This document shows, piece after piece, positions 27,804 through 37,354 of a stretch of DNA of 64,000 nt. The stretch lies in the NCBI GenBank assembly GCA_040905715.1, contig JBBDRA010000002.1:3746-67745 (forward strand), given 5' to 3'. The stretch is from Minisyncoccota bacterium (lineage in GTDB: Bacteria; Patescibacteriota; Minisyncoccia; Phycocordibacterales; CSBR16-193). A model generated the notes under the pieces. That model was given only the letters and a program-made list of their open reading frames with translations, was not told the origin of the DNA and did not search any database. The position numbers and the translations under genes are program-made. The stretch's first letter is position 1. The number at the start of each line of letters is the position of its first letter.

Positions 27804-28472
27804 TTATTTTATATCGCTCTTCGTATCACTTGAAGCCGCGCTTTCTGTTGTTTGTTCTTTTTTATCTTCGCCACCGCTCTTTTTCACAGCCGGAAGTTTC
27901 TTTAACGCCTCAACTGTAGCACGGGCATTATTTAAACTATTCTTGCTTCTTGAAAGAAGCTTTGCACTGATATCCTGCAGTCCGGCAAGCTCTACAACCG
28001 GTCGAACAGCTCCTCCCGCGATGATCCCTTTTCCGGGTGATGGCATCAATAACACTCTTGAGGCGCTATACTTCGCCTCTGTCTCACACGGAATGGACAT
28101 TTCTTTCGTGGTTGTCACCGTTATCATGTTGCGCTTTGCGTTACGAAACGCTTTTTCGATCGCAACCGGAGTGTCACCGGCCTTACCCATCCCCACCCCA
28201 ATACGCCCTTTCCGATCACCGGCAACAAGTGTTACCCGGAAGCTAAATCGACGGCCTCCTGATACCACACGTGTCACACGACGAATATCCAGTACGTTGT
28301 GGTCGAACTCCGGCTTTGCCCGCTCTTCGCGACCGCGACCTCTTCCACGCCCTTTACGCCCGCCCTTAGCACCACCGCGCGCACCTTGGCCGCCGCGAGA
28401 TCCGGCCTTACCGGACACAGGCTTCTGTGATGTGGTTGTCTCTGTTTTCTTGTCAGTACTTGCTGTTGGCAT
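27804..28472 (-). CDS. rpsE: 30S ribosomal protein S5
   Basis: RRVTRVVSGGRRFSF, GIIAGGAVR. Confidence 0.97.
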   Translation of the reverse strand: MPTASTDKKTETTTSQKPVSGKAGSRGGQGARGGAKGGRKGRGRGRGREERAKPEFDHNVLDIRRVTRVVSGGRRFSFRVTLVAGDRKGRIGVGMGKAGDTPVAIEKAFRNAKRNMITVTTTKEMSIPCETEAKYSASRVLLMPSPGKGIIAGGAVRPVVELAGLQDISAKLLSRSKNSLNNARATVEALKKLPAVKKSGGEDKKEQTTESAASSDTKSDIK

Positions 28473-28495
28473 AATATAAATTTAGAACTCAGTAT

Positions 28496-28840
28496 TTAGA
28501 ACGTGAGGCCGCCCTCACGAGCACCGTCAGCCAGTGCCTTGACCTTACCGGTGTAAATATAACCTCCGCGATCGAACACCGCCTTGTCTATCTTGTGTTT
28601 CTTCGCTGCTTCGGCAAGTTCTTTGCCCGCAGCGGCGGCGCGCTCAACGCCGGTCGCCTCTTTCTTGCCACGCGTGGTCACAGAAGCGATCGTCTGGCTC
28701 TCCTCATCGTTGATCAACTGAGCTGTAATAGCCGTGTTTGACTTGAACACAGCCAATCGAGGCCGCTCAGCAGTTCCCGCCACCTTAGCGCGAATACGCC
28801 GTCGACGTCGTTCTCGTTGTGTGTGGATCGTAGGTGCCAT
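28496..28840 (-). CDS. rplR: 50S ribosomal protein L18
   Basis: GTAERPRLAVFKSN, FDRGGYIYTGKVKALADGAR. Confidence 0.97.
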   Translation of the reverse strand: MAPTIHTQRERRRRRIRAKVAGTAERPRLAVFKSNTAITAQLINDEESQTIASVTTRGKKEATGVERAAAAGKELAEAAKKHKIDKAVFDRGGYIYTGKVKALADGAREGGLTF

Positions 28841-28845
28841 ATGTA

Positions 28846-29382
28846 TTAAACGCTTGTCTTACCTTCCTTGCGACGGATAACTTCGTCTTCATAACGAATA
28901 CCCTTGCCCTTGTACGGCTCCGGTTTCTTCGTGCTTCTGACACGAGCAGCGAACTGACCGACAAGCTCCTTATCAGTACCATTGATCGTAATAATATTAT
29001 CTGCTGCGGTAACAGTAAGCCCCTCCGGTACCGGAAGCACAACGGGGTGAGAAAAACCGATAGTCAGTTTCAAATTGCTCCCCTGAACCTCTGAGCGAAA
29101 TCCAACACCCTCAACTATCAGTTTCTTGGTAAAGGTCTCGTTTACTCCTTGGATCATGTTCGCGATATGAGATGCATATGTGCCCCAGAGAGCGCGAACC
29201 TGACTACCGCTCCCTTTGGGAGCAAGCGTAACCTTACTATCTTCAATAGTGATAGCAATAGAGGGCTTAAAGGATCGCGAAAGCTCTCCTTTCGGACCTT
29301 TTACCGTAAGCACACCGTTATCATCCTGAGCAACCTCAGTCTGAGAAGGAATTTCTATAATTTGTGAACCAATACGGGACAT
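28846..29382 (-). CDS. rplF: 50S ribosomal protein L6
   Basis: MSRIG, KGPKGEL, PEPYKGKGIRY. Confidence 0.98.
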   Translation of the reverse strand: MSRIGSQIIEIPSQTEVAQDDNGVLTVKGPKGELSRSFKPSIAITIEDSKVTLAPKGSGSQVRALWGTYASHIANMIQGVNETFTKKLIVEGVGFRSEVQGSNLKLTIGFSHPVVLPVPEGLTVTAADNIITINGTDKELVGQFAARVRSTKKPEPYKGKGIRYEDEVIRRKEGKTSV

Positions 29383-29495
29383 AATTTTAAGTTCTAGGCG
29401 CTAGGCGCTAGGCTTTTTGTAGTAGATCCTGAGACACATCCTCTCACAGGAGGTATCAGCTTAATACAAAAAGCCTAATTCCTAAACGGTTACTG

Positions 29496-29885
29496 TTACC
29501 AGATGGTGAACAGTATCTCGCCACCAACATTTTCTTTACGAGCCTCCTCTGCGGTCATAACTCCTCGAGGAGTTGAGAGGACCGCGTGACCATAGCCGTG
29601 GCGGACCGGTCGAAGGTTCTTTGATTTCTCATACACTCGACGAGACACCTTTGAGATACGATTCGTTCCTTCGATCGCACTCTTACCCTGCTCGTCCTGA
29701 CTCATGTGAATTTCGATCACCTTTGTAGGCTGGCTCCCCTTGTGATCAGCACCACTAATGTACCCGTGCTTAGCAAGTGTTTCCGCAATTGCCATCTTCA
29801 GCTTCGAATACGGAATAGTCACCGACGGCTTTCCGGCGGTGTTCGCGTTCTTGATCTGAATTAGCATGTCAGCGATAGGATCCAT
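29496..29885 (-). CDS. rpsH: 30S ribosomal protein S8
   Basis: MDPIADML..IKNA, STPRGVMT, VGGE. Start at MDPIAD. Confidence 0.97.
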   Translation of the reverse strand: MDPIADMLIQIKNANTAGKPSVTIPYSKLKMAIAETLAKHGYISGADHKGSQPTKVIEIHMSQDEQGKSAIEGTNRISKVSRRVYEKSKNLRPVRHGYGHAVLSTPRGVMTAEEARKENVGGEILFTIW

Positions 29886-29905
29886 AGATGAATTCGTTGT
29901 TATTG

Positions 29906-30002
29906 AGAGCAAGCTTTGCTTACTCTAACAAGTGAGGAGCGAAACGGGAATGCGTCAGCATTCACATTTCGTCCGAACGCAGTTAGAGCAAGCTTTGCTT
30001 AC
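29906..30002 (-). repeat. Palindromic element flanked by 18-bp direct repeats, at the rpsN stop codon
   Basis: AGAGCAAGCTTTGCTTAC at 29906 and 29985. Core arms identical to the element at 2466-2514. Confidence 0.85.
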
Positions 30003-30184
30003 CAACTTGCTTTCTTAATACCGGGCACTTCACCGCGGTTCGCTCTCTCACGAAAGCAGATGCGGCACAATCCAAAGTCACGCATGTACCCGCGAACTCG
30101 ACCGCACAAAACACATCGTCGAATTGTTCGAGTTGAGTATTTTGGCGTCTTTTTTGATTTTGCGATGAGTGCTTTACGTGCCAT
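29999..30184 (-). CDS. rpsN: 30S ribosomal protein S14 (short, Zn-binding C+ type)
   Basis: RRCVLCGR…[10 protein letters not shown]…GIKKASW. Confidence 0.97.
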   Translation of the reverse strand: MARKALIAKSKKTPKYSTRTIRRCVLCGRVRGYMRDFGLCRICFRERANRGEVPGIKKASW

Positions 30185-30242
30185 AGATACTTCGTTTGTT
30201 CTTCCTTCTAGCTCTCCAAATAAAAATGCCCTTTCGAGCCGC

Positions 30243-30432
30243 GCTTATTTCAAAGCTTGTCCAGAACAATGAGGAGCATGCTTGCATGCTATCCTCGATC
30301 GTCGTCACAGACATATCCGGCATAAAACGGTTTCTCACTGATAGACGTATACTATGCGTCTATCACTTCGGCACCGTTTTCTGCCACGAATCTGTCTGCA
30401 ACTTTGGATCGAGACAAGGCTTTTCAATAAGC
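30243..30432. repeat. ~190-bp nested imperfect palindrome in the rplE-rpsN spacer
   Basis: Paired arms GCTTATT/AATAAGC, CAGACA/TGTCTG, AAAACGGT/ACCGTTTT, TGATAGACG/CGTCTATCA. Confidence 0.7.
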
Positions 30433-30439
30433 TCCCGCC

Positions 30440-30468
30440 ATCCTAGCAGGACATGTACCCAATGTCAA
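30440..30468 (-). promoter_or_regulatory. Internal promoter upstream of rpsN
   Basis: TTGACA-17 nt-TAGGAT with TG extension. Confidence 0.6.
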
Positions 30469-30475
30469 CGCGAGA

Positions 30476-31024
30476 CTACGCCTTAACTTCCTCCTTTTGG
30501 AAAGGGAATCCAAGGTGTCGGAAGAACCCTTCAGCAGTTTCGCGATCATTCGAGGTAGTAACGATCGTGATACCCATTCCAAAGACATTCCTCAACTCCT
30601 CATCACTGGTTTCCGGGAAAATAGTGTGCTCCTGGATACCAAGCGTGTAGTTGCCCATCTCATCGATCGGCTTTGTTGGAATGCCGTGAAAGTCCTTCAT
30701 GCGCGGCATCGCCAAGTGAATAACCTTATCGAGAAAGTTATACATTAACTCGCCACGCAGTGTTACCTGGTAGCCTACCGGCGTACCCTCACGAAGCCCG
30801 AATGCTGCGATCGACTGCTTTGCCAATGTCCGCACCGGTCGCTGTCCGGTGATACGGGCCAATCGATCCTCAATGATCTCAATCTTCTCTTTGTCCTTAG
30901 TTGAACCGGTGCCGATATTGACCACGATCTTCTCCAGACGAGGCGTTTCCATTCGATTAGTATAACCGAATTGGTCTTTCAGTGCGTCAAACGCGGTTTG
31001 TTGTTTTTGTTTTACTGATTCCAT
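30476..31024 (-). CDS. rplE: 50S ribosomal protein L5
   Basis: PRLEKIVVN, ITGQRP, VTLRG, GNYTLGIQEH.IFPE. Confidence 0.98.
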   Translation of the reverse strand: MESVKQKQQTAFDALKDQFGYTNRMETPRLEKIVVNIGTGSTKDKEKIEIIEDRLARITGQRPVRTLAKQSIAAFGLREGTPVGYQVTLRGELMYNFLDKVIHLAMPRMKDFHGIPTKPIDEMGNYTLGIQEHTIFPETSDEELRNVFGMGITIVTTSNDRETAEGFFRHLGFPFQKEEVKA

Positions 31025-31032
31025 ACTATAAA

Positions 31033-31341
31033 CTAAATACTTTTGCCGCTTTTTTTGCTTATCCGAACTTTTTTCCCTTTATCGTCTGTCTTATAACCAA
31101 CGCGGGTTGGTTTTCCGGAATCCGGGTCAACAAGAGCAACATTTGATACATCGATCGGCTGATCGATCTCAATGATCTCGCCGTGCTTGTTCGACGCCTT
31201 CGATCGTTGATGCTTTTTCTTAGTATTAACACCATCGACGACCACTTTGTTCTCAGCAGACAGCGTTTTAGACACGACACCTACGGTGCCCTTGTCTTTG
31301 CCTGCTATCACTATTACGTTGTCATTTTTTTTGATTTTCAT
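31033..31341 (-). CDS. rplX: 50S ribosomal protein L24
   Basis: KOW motif VIVIAGKDKG, SNVAL. Confidence 0.97.
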   Translation of the reverse strand: MKIKKNDNVIVIAGKDKGTVGVVSKTLSAENKVVVDGVNTKKKHQRSKASNKHGEIIEIDQPIDVSNVALVDPDSGKPTRVGYKTDDKGKKVRISKKSGKSI

Positions 31342-31350
31342 ATATCGATT

Positions 31351-31474
31351 ACTTCGACAAGCGAGGAGCGGTCGGGAGCTTACCTGCGAATCAGGATGCT
31401 CCCGATTTCTTAGCTTCGGAGAAGCTGTAGAAATCGCAGTCCTGTGCTCCCGTTGTGTCCGAGCGCCGTCGAAG
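31351..31474 (-). repeat. 124-bp structured element after rplN (copy 1)
   Basis: Differs from 37182-37305 at 7 positions by manual alignment. Confidence 0.9.
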
Positions 31475-31484
31475 CAAGGTTTGC

Positions 31485-31856
31485 TTACAAGATCTCCGGC
31501 GCAAGCGACGCAATACGCTGAAAACCCTTCTCGCTTATCTCGCGCGGAATCGGTCCGAAGATACGGCCACCGATAGGCTCAACTCCTTTATCATCAACCA
31601 ATACAACCGCATTCTCATCGAATCGGATATACGAGCCGTCTTTTCGTCGATAGGCGTCCCGCTGGCGAACAATAACCGCTCGCATAACCGCTTTCTTCTT
31701 TACCTGCTTACGAGGCTCTGCCCGCTGAACCGCCAGCACAACCAGATCCCCGACTCGCGCATACCGGCGACGTGATCCACCAAGAACCTTGAACACCTTG
31801 CCGATGCGAGCGCCTGAGTTATCTGCGATTTTTACTATGCTGCCTTCTTGGATCAT
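31485..31856 (-). CDS. rplN: 50S ribosomal protein L14
   Basis: ADNSGAR, DGSYIRFDENAVV, RIFGP, SLAPE. Confidence 0.98.
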   Translation of the reverse strand: MIQEGSIVKIADNSGARIGKVFKVLGGSRRRYARVGDLVVLAVQRAEPRKQVKKKAVMRAVIVRQRDAYRRKDGSYIRFDENAVVLVDDKGVEPIGGRIFGPIPREISEKGFQRIASLAPEIL

Positions 31857-31865
31857 ATAAGTATA

Positions 31866-32156
31866 TTATTCTTCGGACGACGTGTTATCGGTTTCTACCG
31901 GCACTCGATTCACAACGACAAAACGTTTGTCCTTTGAGATCGGTCGCGACTCCTGAATGGTCACCTTGTCACCTACCCGGCACTCGTTCTTTTCATCGTG
32001 TGCTTTGTAACGCTTGTTCGGCGCAATGTACTTTTTGTACCTTGGGTGCTGCACAAAACGAGTAGTTTCAACCACGATCGTTTTGTTGCTCACATCTGAT
32101 ACAACCACCCCTTCCAGAGTGCGTCCTGTATTCTGTTGTGCCGTTGTAGATTCCAT
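31866..32156 (-). CDS. rpsQ: 30S ribosomal protein S17
   Basis: GVVVSD…KTIVV…HPRYKK…AHDE…[10 protein letters not shown]. Confidence 0.97.
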   Translation of the reverse strand: MESTTAQQNTGRTLEGVVVSDVSNKTIVVETTRFVQHPRYKKYIAPNKRYKAHDEKNECRVGDKVTIQESRPISKDKRFVVVNRVPVETDNTSSEE

Positions 32157-32160
32157 ATGA

Positions 32161-32352
32161 TTAAGATGTGACGCGCTGGTTGAGCTCAGTGAGTATTCGA
32201 GCAATATCTTTACGAAGATTGCGCCCCTCCTTCACGTCTCGTGTTTTGGTCCCGGCAATATTAAAACGAAACTCACGCAGTTCCTTGCGCTTTTCATTCA
32301 ATGCCTTGCCGAGTTCGGACTCGGCCATATCTGTATAGTTCTGCTGGGACAT
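32161..32352 (-). CDS. rpmC: 50S ribosomal protein L29
   Basis: ELREFRF…RKDIARILT; expected operon position. Confidence 0.93.
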   Translation of the reverse strand: MSQQNYTDMAESELGKALNEKRKELREFRFNIAGTKTRDVKEGRNLRKDIARILTELNQRVTS

Positions 32353-32406
32353 AAATCGAAATTTAAGCTATCACACAATTACGTTACAAGCAACTTTACA
32401 CGCTCC

Positions 32407-32823
32407 TTAGTGTCGGCCCACGAACCTCGTGCGCACCGGCAGCTTTGTGCCAGCCTTTCGAAGAGCCTCACGTGCTGCCTCTTCTGAGATACCGTCGACC
32501 TCAAACAGTACCTGACCGGGACTGATCGGGGCACAGTACCCTTCCGGATCACCCTTACCCTTACCAAGCTTCACCTCCGCCGGTTTTTTGGTAAACGGCA
32601 TATCCGGAAATATACGGATCCAGACCTTACCCATTTTGCCAACATTTCGAGACAGCACTTTACGAGCTGCTTCGATCTGACGCGATGTTATCCGTTCATG
32701 GTCGACCGTTTTCATGCCGTACGCACCGAAGTTTACTTCAGTACCACGGCTGGCCATACCACGCTTTGCAGGGTGCTTGCGCGCTGTTTGCCATTTTCGA
32801 AATTTTACTTTTTTGGGAAACAT
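32407..32823 (-). CDS. rplP: 50S ribosomal protein L16
   Basis: QIEAAR, WIRIFPD, GKGKGDP. Confidence 0.98.
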   Translation of the reverse strand: MFPKKVKFRKWQTARKHPAKRGMASRGTEVNFGAYGMKTVDHERITSRQIEAARKVLSRNVGKMGKVWIRIFPDMPFTKKPAEVKLGKGKGDPEGYCAPISPGQVLFEVDGISEEAAREALRKAGTKLPVRTRFVGRH

Positions 32824-32834
32824 AATACTAAAAG

Positions 32835-33515
32835 CTATACACTTCGGACTGAACGCTGATCTTCTTCGAACACCTCACCTCGATAGATCCAAACTTTTAT
32901 ACCGAGGTGTCCGTACGGCAACCACGCCTCAATAAGTGCGTAATCAATATCCGCGCGAAATGTCTGAAGTGGGATCTGCCCCTGCTGAGTCTTCTCTACT
33001 CGTGACATTTCTGCGCCACCTAATCGACCGGATAGTTCGATTCGCACACCACGCACATCTTTATTCGCCATAACCTTCTCGGCTGTTTGCTTCATCACCC
33101 GACGGAACGGCATACGCTTCTCAAGTCCCTCACGGATCATCTGACCAACAATAGCCGCGTCTGACTCCGGAGAACGAACCTCTTTCACATCAAGCTTTAA
33201 CTCTGCGGTAACCGGAACTTGGTTGCGACGAAGCATTGCTTCGATCTCTTTCTTGATCTTGACCGCTCCCTCACCGTTACGACCGATAATAACACCCGGA
33301 CGTGACGACTCAACAATAACCGTAAGCTCTTTTTCGTTGCGTTCGATGTTGATAGAGCTTACATACATGTTCGCAAGCCGCTTTTTCAAAAACTCACGGA
33401 TCAAAAGATCACCTTTAAGGTATTCACGGTATTTTTCTTTCGCCCCAAACCAACGTGACTTCCAGTCACGGAGAATACCGAGGCGATGTGAATATGGGTG
33501 AACAATGTGAGTCAT
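32835..33515 (-). CDS. rpsC: 30S ribosomal protein S3
   Basis: RPGVIIGRNG, SGRLGGAEMSR, PLQTFRADIDY, GIKVWIY. Confidence 0.98.
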   Translation of the reverse strand: MTHIVHPYSHRLGILRDWKSRWFGAKEKYREYLKGDLLIREFLKKRLANMYVSSINIERNEKELTVIVESSRPGVIIGRNGEGAVKIKKEIEAMLRRNQVPVTAELKLDVKEVRSPESDAAIVGQMIREGLEKRMPFRRVMKQTAEKVMANKDVRGVRIELSGRLGGAEMSRVEKTQQGQIPLQTFRADIDYALIEAWLPYGHLGIKVWIYRGEVFEEDQRSVRSV

Positions 33516-33550
33516 ATATCAATACTTAGTAATTCGTAGATCGTATAAAA

Positions 33551-33967
33551 TTAAGCAGCTGCTTTTGCGGTAGTCTTCTTTTTAGGTGCCTTCTTTTCAG
33601 TTTTCTTTGTCTCAGCTTTCTTATTGGTTTTTTTGGAAACGAATTCTTCAAGCTCAACAAAAACATGAGAATTGCGCTTGCGAATGACCTTCGCCTGCCC
33701 CTGAGCTGCCGGCATTCGGCGGAAAAGGATCAACCCGTCATTTACTGTTGCCTCCTTAACTCGAAGCTGCCCGTCAATACCGCGCTGTCGGGCATTTGCC
33801 TGAGCAGATTCAATAAGCTTTCTCACCGGTTCAGCCGCACGCTTTGTGGTAAAACGCAGAATAGCAACCGCCTCATCGGCTGACTTACCTTTGATCAGAT
33901 CTGTCACCAGCCGTGTTTTACGCGGGGCGATCCTAAGGTTTTTTAACTTTGCGGTTGTTGTTTTCAT
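33551..33967 (-). CDS. rplV: 50S ribosomal protein L22
   Basis: RIAPRKTRLVTDLI, KLIESAQANA; K-rich C-terminal tail. Confidence 0.96.
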   Translation of the reverse strand: MKTTTAKLKNLRIAPRKTRLVTDLIKGKSADEAVAILRFTTKRAAEPVRKLIESAQANARQRGIDGQLRVKEATVNDGLILFRRMPAAQGQAKVIRKRNSHVFVELEEFVSKKTNKKAETKKTEKKAPKKKTTAKAAA

Positions 33968-33988
33968 AATACTATTCTACACAGCGCT

Positions 33989-34312
33989 CTACGCCTTTGA
34001 GGCCTGTGCCGCGGCTATTGCGCTCTGTTTCTTCTGCTGCTCAAGCTCTTTCTGGATCTTTCCACCGTGACGAATGAACTTACGCGTTGGCGCAAATTCA
34101 CCGAGACGATGACCAACCATATCCTCGGTGATAAAAACATCTACATGCACTTTTCCTTGGTGAACACCAAAGGTATAGCCAACCATTTCCGGTGCGATCT
34201 GACTATCGCGTGACCATGTCTTAATAACCCCAACCTGTTTTGGGTCTTTCCCTTCGATCTTTTTCAAGAGCTTGGGGTCAACGTATGGTCCTTTTTTAAG
34301 TGATCGTGTCAT
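33989..34312 (-). CDS. rpsS: 30S ribosomal protein S19
   Basis: [28 protein letters not shown]. Confidence 0.98.
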   Translation of the reverse strand: MTRSLKKGPYVDPKLLKKIEGKDPKQVGVIKTWSRDSQIAPEMVGYTFGVHQGKVHVDVFITEDMVGHRLGEFAPTRKFIRHGGKIQKELEQQKKQSAIAAAQASKA

Positions 34313-34420
34313 GAATTAGCTTATAGGTTATAACTTGCAGCTTATAGTATAGAAGAGAAAGGAATCTACTATCAGCGGTAAAGTATACCCTAAATAAAAA
34401 TGCCCTCTCGAGCTCATGCT

Positions 34421-34448
34421 ATCCTACCAGAGCAATGAATGAAGTCAA
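34421..34448 (-). promoter_or_regulatory. Internal promoter upstream of rpsS
   Basis: TTGACT-16 nt-TAGGAT with TG extension. Confidence 0.55.
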
Positions 34449-34466
34449 GCGCAAATTAACCGTTTT

Positions 34467-35306
34467 CTAGCGCTTTTTAGACTTTCTTCGGGAAACAATA
34501 TTCTTATCAGAATATTTCTTCGAGGTGCGGGTTTTCTGACCAACATTGACCGGCTTGCCCCACTTGCTTTTGCGTCGCTTGCGTGCACCTCGCGCATGTG
34601 CCTCACCACCACCCATCGGGTGATCAACGGCGTTCATCGAACGACCGTTTACCTTCGGTCGGCGGTTCATCCAGCGCGCTCGTCCTGCTTTACCGATCGT
34701 CTCCAGGTGATGTTCCTCGTTCGACACTTCACCAATAGACGCCCAGGCACCGGATGGAACCCGTCGAACCTCGCTCGACGGCATCTTAACGTGCACAAAT
34801 CCCTCTTCTTTAGCAGCCACCTCAGCGTGAATACCGGCTGATCGGGCGATTCGTGAACCGCCATATGGCTTGAGCTCCACGTTGTATACAAAGGTACCAA
34901 TAGCTATATTCTTCAGCGGCAATCGATTGCCAGGCTTCAACGGCGCTTGTTCAGAGACGAGCAGTTGGTCGCCTACAGAAACGCTCTGCGGAAGTACAAT
35001 GTACCGCTTTGCTCCGTCCGCATACACAACCAGACCGATGTAAGCACTTCGGTTCGGATCATATTCAACCGTGCGAACAGTCATTGGAATATTAACCTTC
35101 TCCATTACAAAGTCGACGTCCCGATGTCGCCGCTTGTGACCACCACCTCGACGACGAGAAGTGATCCGTCCGTGAGCATTACGACCGCTTGAGCCTCGCT
35201 TACCCTTTGTAAGAGACTTGAGTGGCTTGGATGCCGTAAGCACACCTCGTGTGGATGCGGTGGTCATCTGGCGTCGTGATGGTGTTGTAGGTTTATAGTG
35301 CTTCAT
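34467..35306 (-). CDS. rplB: 50S ribosomal protein L2
   Basis: GRNAHGRIT.RRRGGGHKR, EYDPNRSA, DHPMGGGE. Confidence 0.98.
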   Translation of the reverse strand: MKHYKPTTPSRRQMTTASTRGVLTASKPLKSLTKGKRGSSGRNAHGRITSRRRGGGHKRRHRDVDFVMEKVNIPMTVRTVEYDPNRSAYIGLVVYADGAKRYIVLPQSVSVGDQLLVSEQAPLKPGNRLPLKNIAIGTFVYNVELKPYGGSRIARSAGIHAEVAAKEEGFVHVKMPSSEVRRVPSGAWASIGEVSNEEHHLETIGKAGRARWMNRRPKVNGRSMNAVDHPMGGGEAHARGARKRRKSKWGKPVNVGQKTRTSKKYSDKNIVSRRKSKKR

Positions 35307-35310
35307 AATT

Positions 35311-35673
35311 CTACATTAACTCGATCTTGTCTCCTTTCTTCAAATAAACATAAGCCTTCTTTCCACCGCGCTTAACACCGCGAATACCTCGTCGTGAAAC
35401 CGGTTTGGTAGGTATTGTGACGACATTAACCTTCGTCACCGTTACACCGTACACCCGCCGTACTGCGGCAGCGATCTCCGGCTTCTTCGTACCCGGTCTC
35501 ACATTAAATACATACACATTATCGCCGGTACCGATCGCCGCCTTCTCGGTAATACGAGGTCGCATAAGCACATCCTCAACTGCCGGCATAAGTGCGCGCT
35601 TAGCAGCATCAGAAGCACTGGTAGCTGCCTTCGAGTCTTTGCCTTCCTGTTTTTTTGATCCGAATAAAGCCAT
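35311..35673 (-). CDS. rplW: 50S ribosomal protein L23
   Basis: PRITEKA, YVFNV, KKAYVYLKKG. Confidence 0.95.
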   Translation of the reverse strand: MALFGSKKQEGKDSKAATSASDAAKRALMPAVEDVLMRPRITEKAAIGTGDNVYVFNVRPGTKKPEIAAAVRRVYGVTVTKVNVVTIPTKPVSRRGIRGVKRGGKKAYVYLKKGDKIELM

Positions 35674-35674
35674 G

Positions 35675-36355
35675 TTATGTGTTTGAAGTCTCACTTTCAA
35701 CTGAACCCTCAAGCACCTTAAGCGCCTGTTCAGGGTCAGAGATGATCACGTACTTGTACTGAGCAACATCGGTTGCGTTCAGATTACGCACCTCGTCAAA
35801 CTGCACGTTTCCAAAGTTATGAAAGCTGCGCTTTGCACCAGGAGTTGTTGATCCTACCGCAACATATGCGGCGTTCTTTCGTTTTGTTGCAAGGCTTTCA
35901 AAGCCCTTCACACCGCCAAGCGCTTCAAGTGTGCGCTTGGCCTCGGCTGTCTTTGCCTCATCAAATACAAGAGAATCGACGAACAAAACCTCGCCTTCAC
36001 GAAACTTGCGTGACAGCACAGTATACAGCGCCTTTCGTTTCATCTTCTTGTTGATCTGTCGCTGGAAGTTTTCCTCGTTGCGCGGACCATGAGTTACTCC
36101 ACCGGTTCGCCAAATAGGTGAACGTGAAGACCCGTGTCGAGCGCGACCGGTTCCTTTTTGACGCCACGGCTTTTTACCACCACCGCTCACCTCACTTCGG
36201 TCTTTCACGAAAGCCAAGTGCTGACGACGATTTGCTTGCTGAGACAGAACAACCTGATGAACCAAGTCACCGTTCCAGGCAACTCCAAAAACGCTCTCGG
36301 GAAGGTCGATCTCCCCTTTTTTAGTGCCTGCTTGTGTATAAACTGGTGCCTTCAT
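35675..36355 (-). CDS. rplD: 50S ribosomal protein L4
   Basis: KPWRQKGTGRARHGS.RSP.WR.GG. Confidence 0.98.
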   Translation of the reverse strand: MKAPVYTQAGTKKGEIDLPESVFGVAWNGDLVHQVVLSQQANRRQHLAFVKDRSEVSGGGKKPWRQKGTGRARHGSSRSPIWRTGGVTHGPRNEENFQRQINKKMKRKALYTVLSRKFREGEVLFVDSLVFDEAKTAEAKRTLEALGGVKGFESLATKRKNAAYVAVGSTTPGAKRSFHNFGNVQFDEVRNLNATDVAQYKYVIISDPEQALKVLEGSVESETSNT

Positions 36356-36366
36356 ATATTAGATCA

Positions 36367-37011
36367 TTACTTACCTTGTATCTCAACAAGACATCCTCGT
36401 CGACCTGGAACCGCCCCTTTAACGGCGATCACTTGCTGCTCTGGGTCAACATACACTACATCGAGGTTAGTGACCGTAACACGGTTTGAACCCATTCGTC
36501 CAGGCATCTTTCGACCTTTAAACACACGCTGAGGCCCGGTTGCTCCAATAGAACCAACTTCACGATGAGCGTGTTTCGTACCGTGAGACTTCGATGCTCC
36601 GCTGAAACCGTGACGCTTCACGCCACCCTGAAATCCTTTACCTTTCGTAATACCGGATACACGAACCTCGTCACCAACCGCAAACACTGACACATCGAGT
36701 GTATCGCCTACTGAAGCAGATGACTCCGTCTCATCCTGACGAAACTCACGTAGCCATCGAAAGCTGGTTTTCTCAGCATCTTCGCCAACCGCTTCAAGCG
36801 CTGCTTTAGAGTGCCCACGGACCGGCAAGGATGTAGTGTGTGCCTTACGACGTCCAAAACCAACCTGAACCGCTGAGTAGCCGTCGGAGGTATCACTCTT
36901 CACCTGTGTAACCACAGCTGGCCCGGCACGAAGTATGGTTACCGGCACCATTTCACCTTCTTCGGTGAAGATCTGAGTCATATATTCTTTTGTTCCTAGC
37001 AGAAATTTCAT
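36367..37011 (-). CDS. rplC: 50S ribosomal protein L3
   Basis: MTQIF, DGYSAVQVGF, KGKGFQG.VKRHGF, KGAVPG. Confidence 0.98.
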   Translation of the reverse strand: MKFLLGTKEYMTQIFTEEGEMVPVTILRAGPAVVTQVKSDTSDGYSAVQVGFGRRKAHTTSLPVRGHSKAALEAVGEDAEKTSFRWLREFRQDETESSASVGDTLDVSVFAVGDEVRVSGITKGKGFQGGVKRHGFSGASKSHGTKHAHREVGSIGATGPQRVFKGRKMPGRMGSNRVTVTNLDVVYVDPEQQVIAVKGAVPGRRGCLVEIQGK

Positions 37012-37181
37012 ACATCGAGATTATACCTTCGCTCTAAACGAACGAGGTGTTGAAGGCAGACCATCGTTGATGATCCAAACCTTACAATGAATTCACATCC
37101 TTAGAGAAGTGGACCGCCGCCAAGCGTACCATTTTTATCTCAGATTCACAATAAATTTAGACGAGCTTTACATCAATACTC

Positions 37182-37305
37182 ACTTCGGCAAGCGAGGAGC
37201 GGTCGGGAGCTTATCTGCGAAGCAGTATGCTCCCGATTTCTTAGCTTCGGAGAAGCTGTAGAAATCGCAGTCCTGTGCTCCCGTTCCGTCCGAGCGCCGA
37301 CGAAG
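37182..37305 (-). repeat. 124-bp structured element after rpsJ (copy 2)
   Basis: Near-identical to 31351-31474. Confidence 0.9.
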
Positions 37306-37354
37306 AAAGCTCCCTTTCTACGCCGTCGAGCGAACAACATCGCACAAACTTTGC

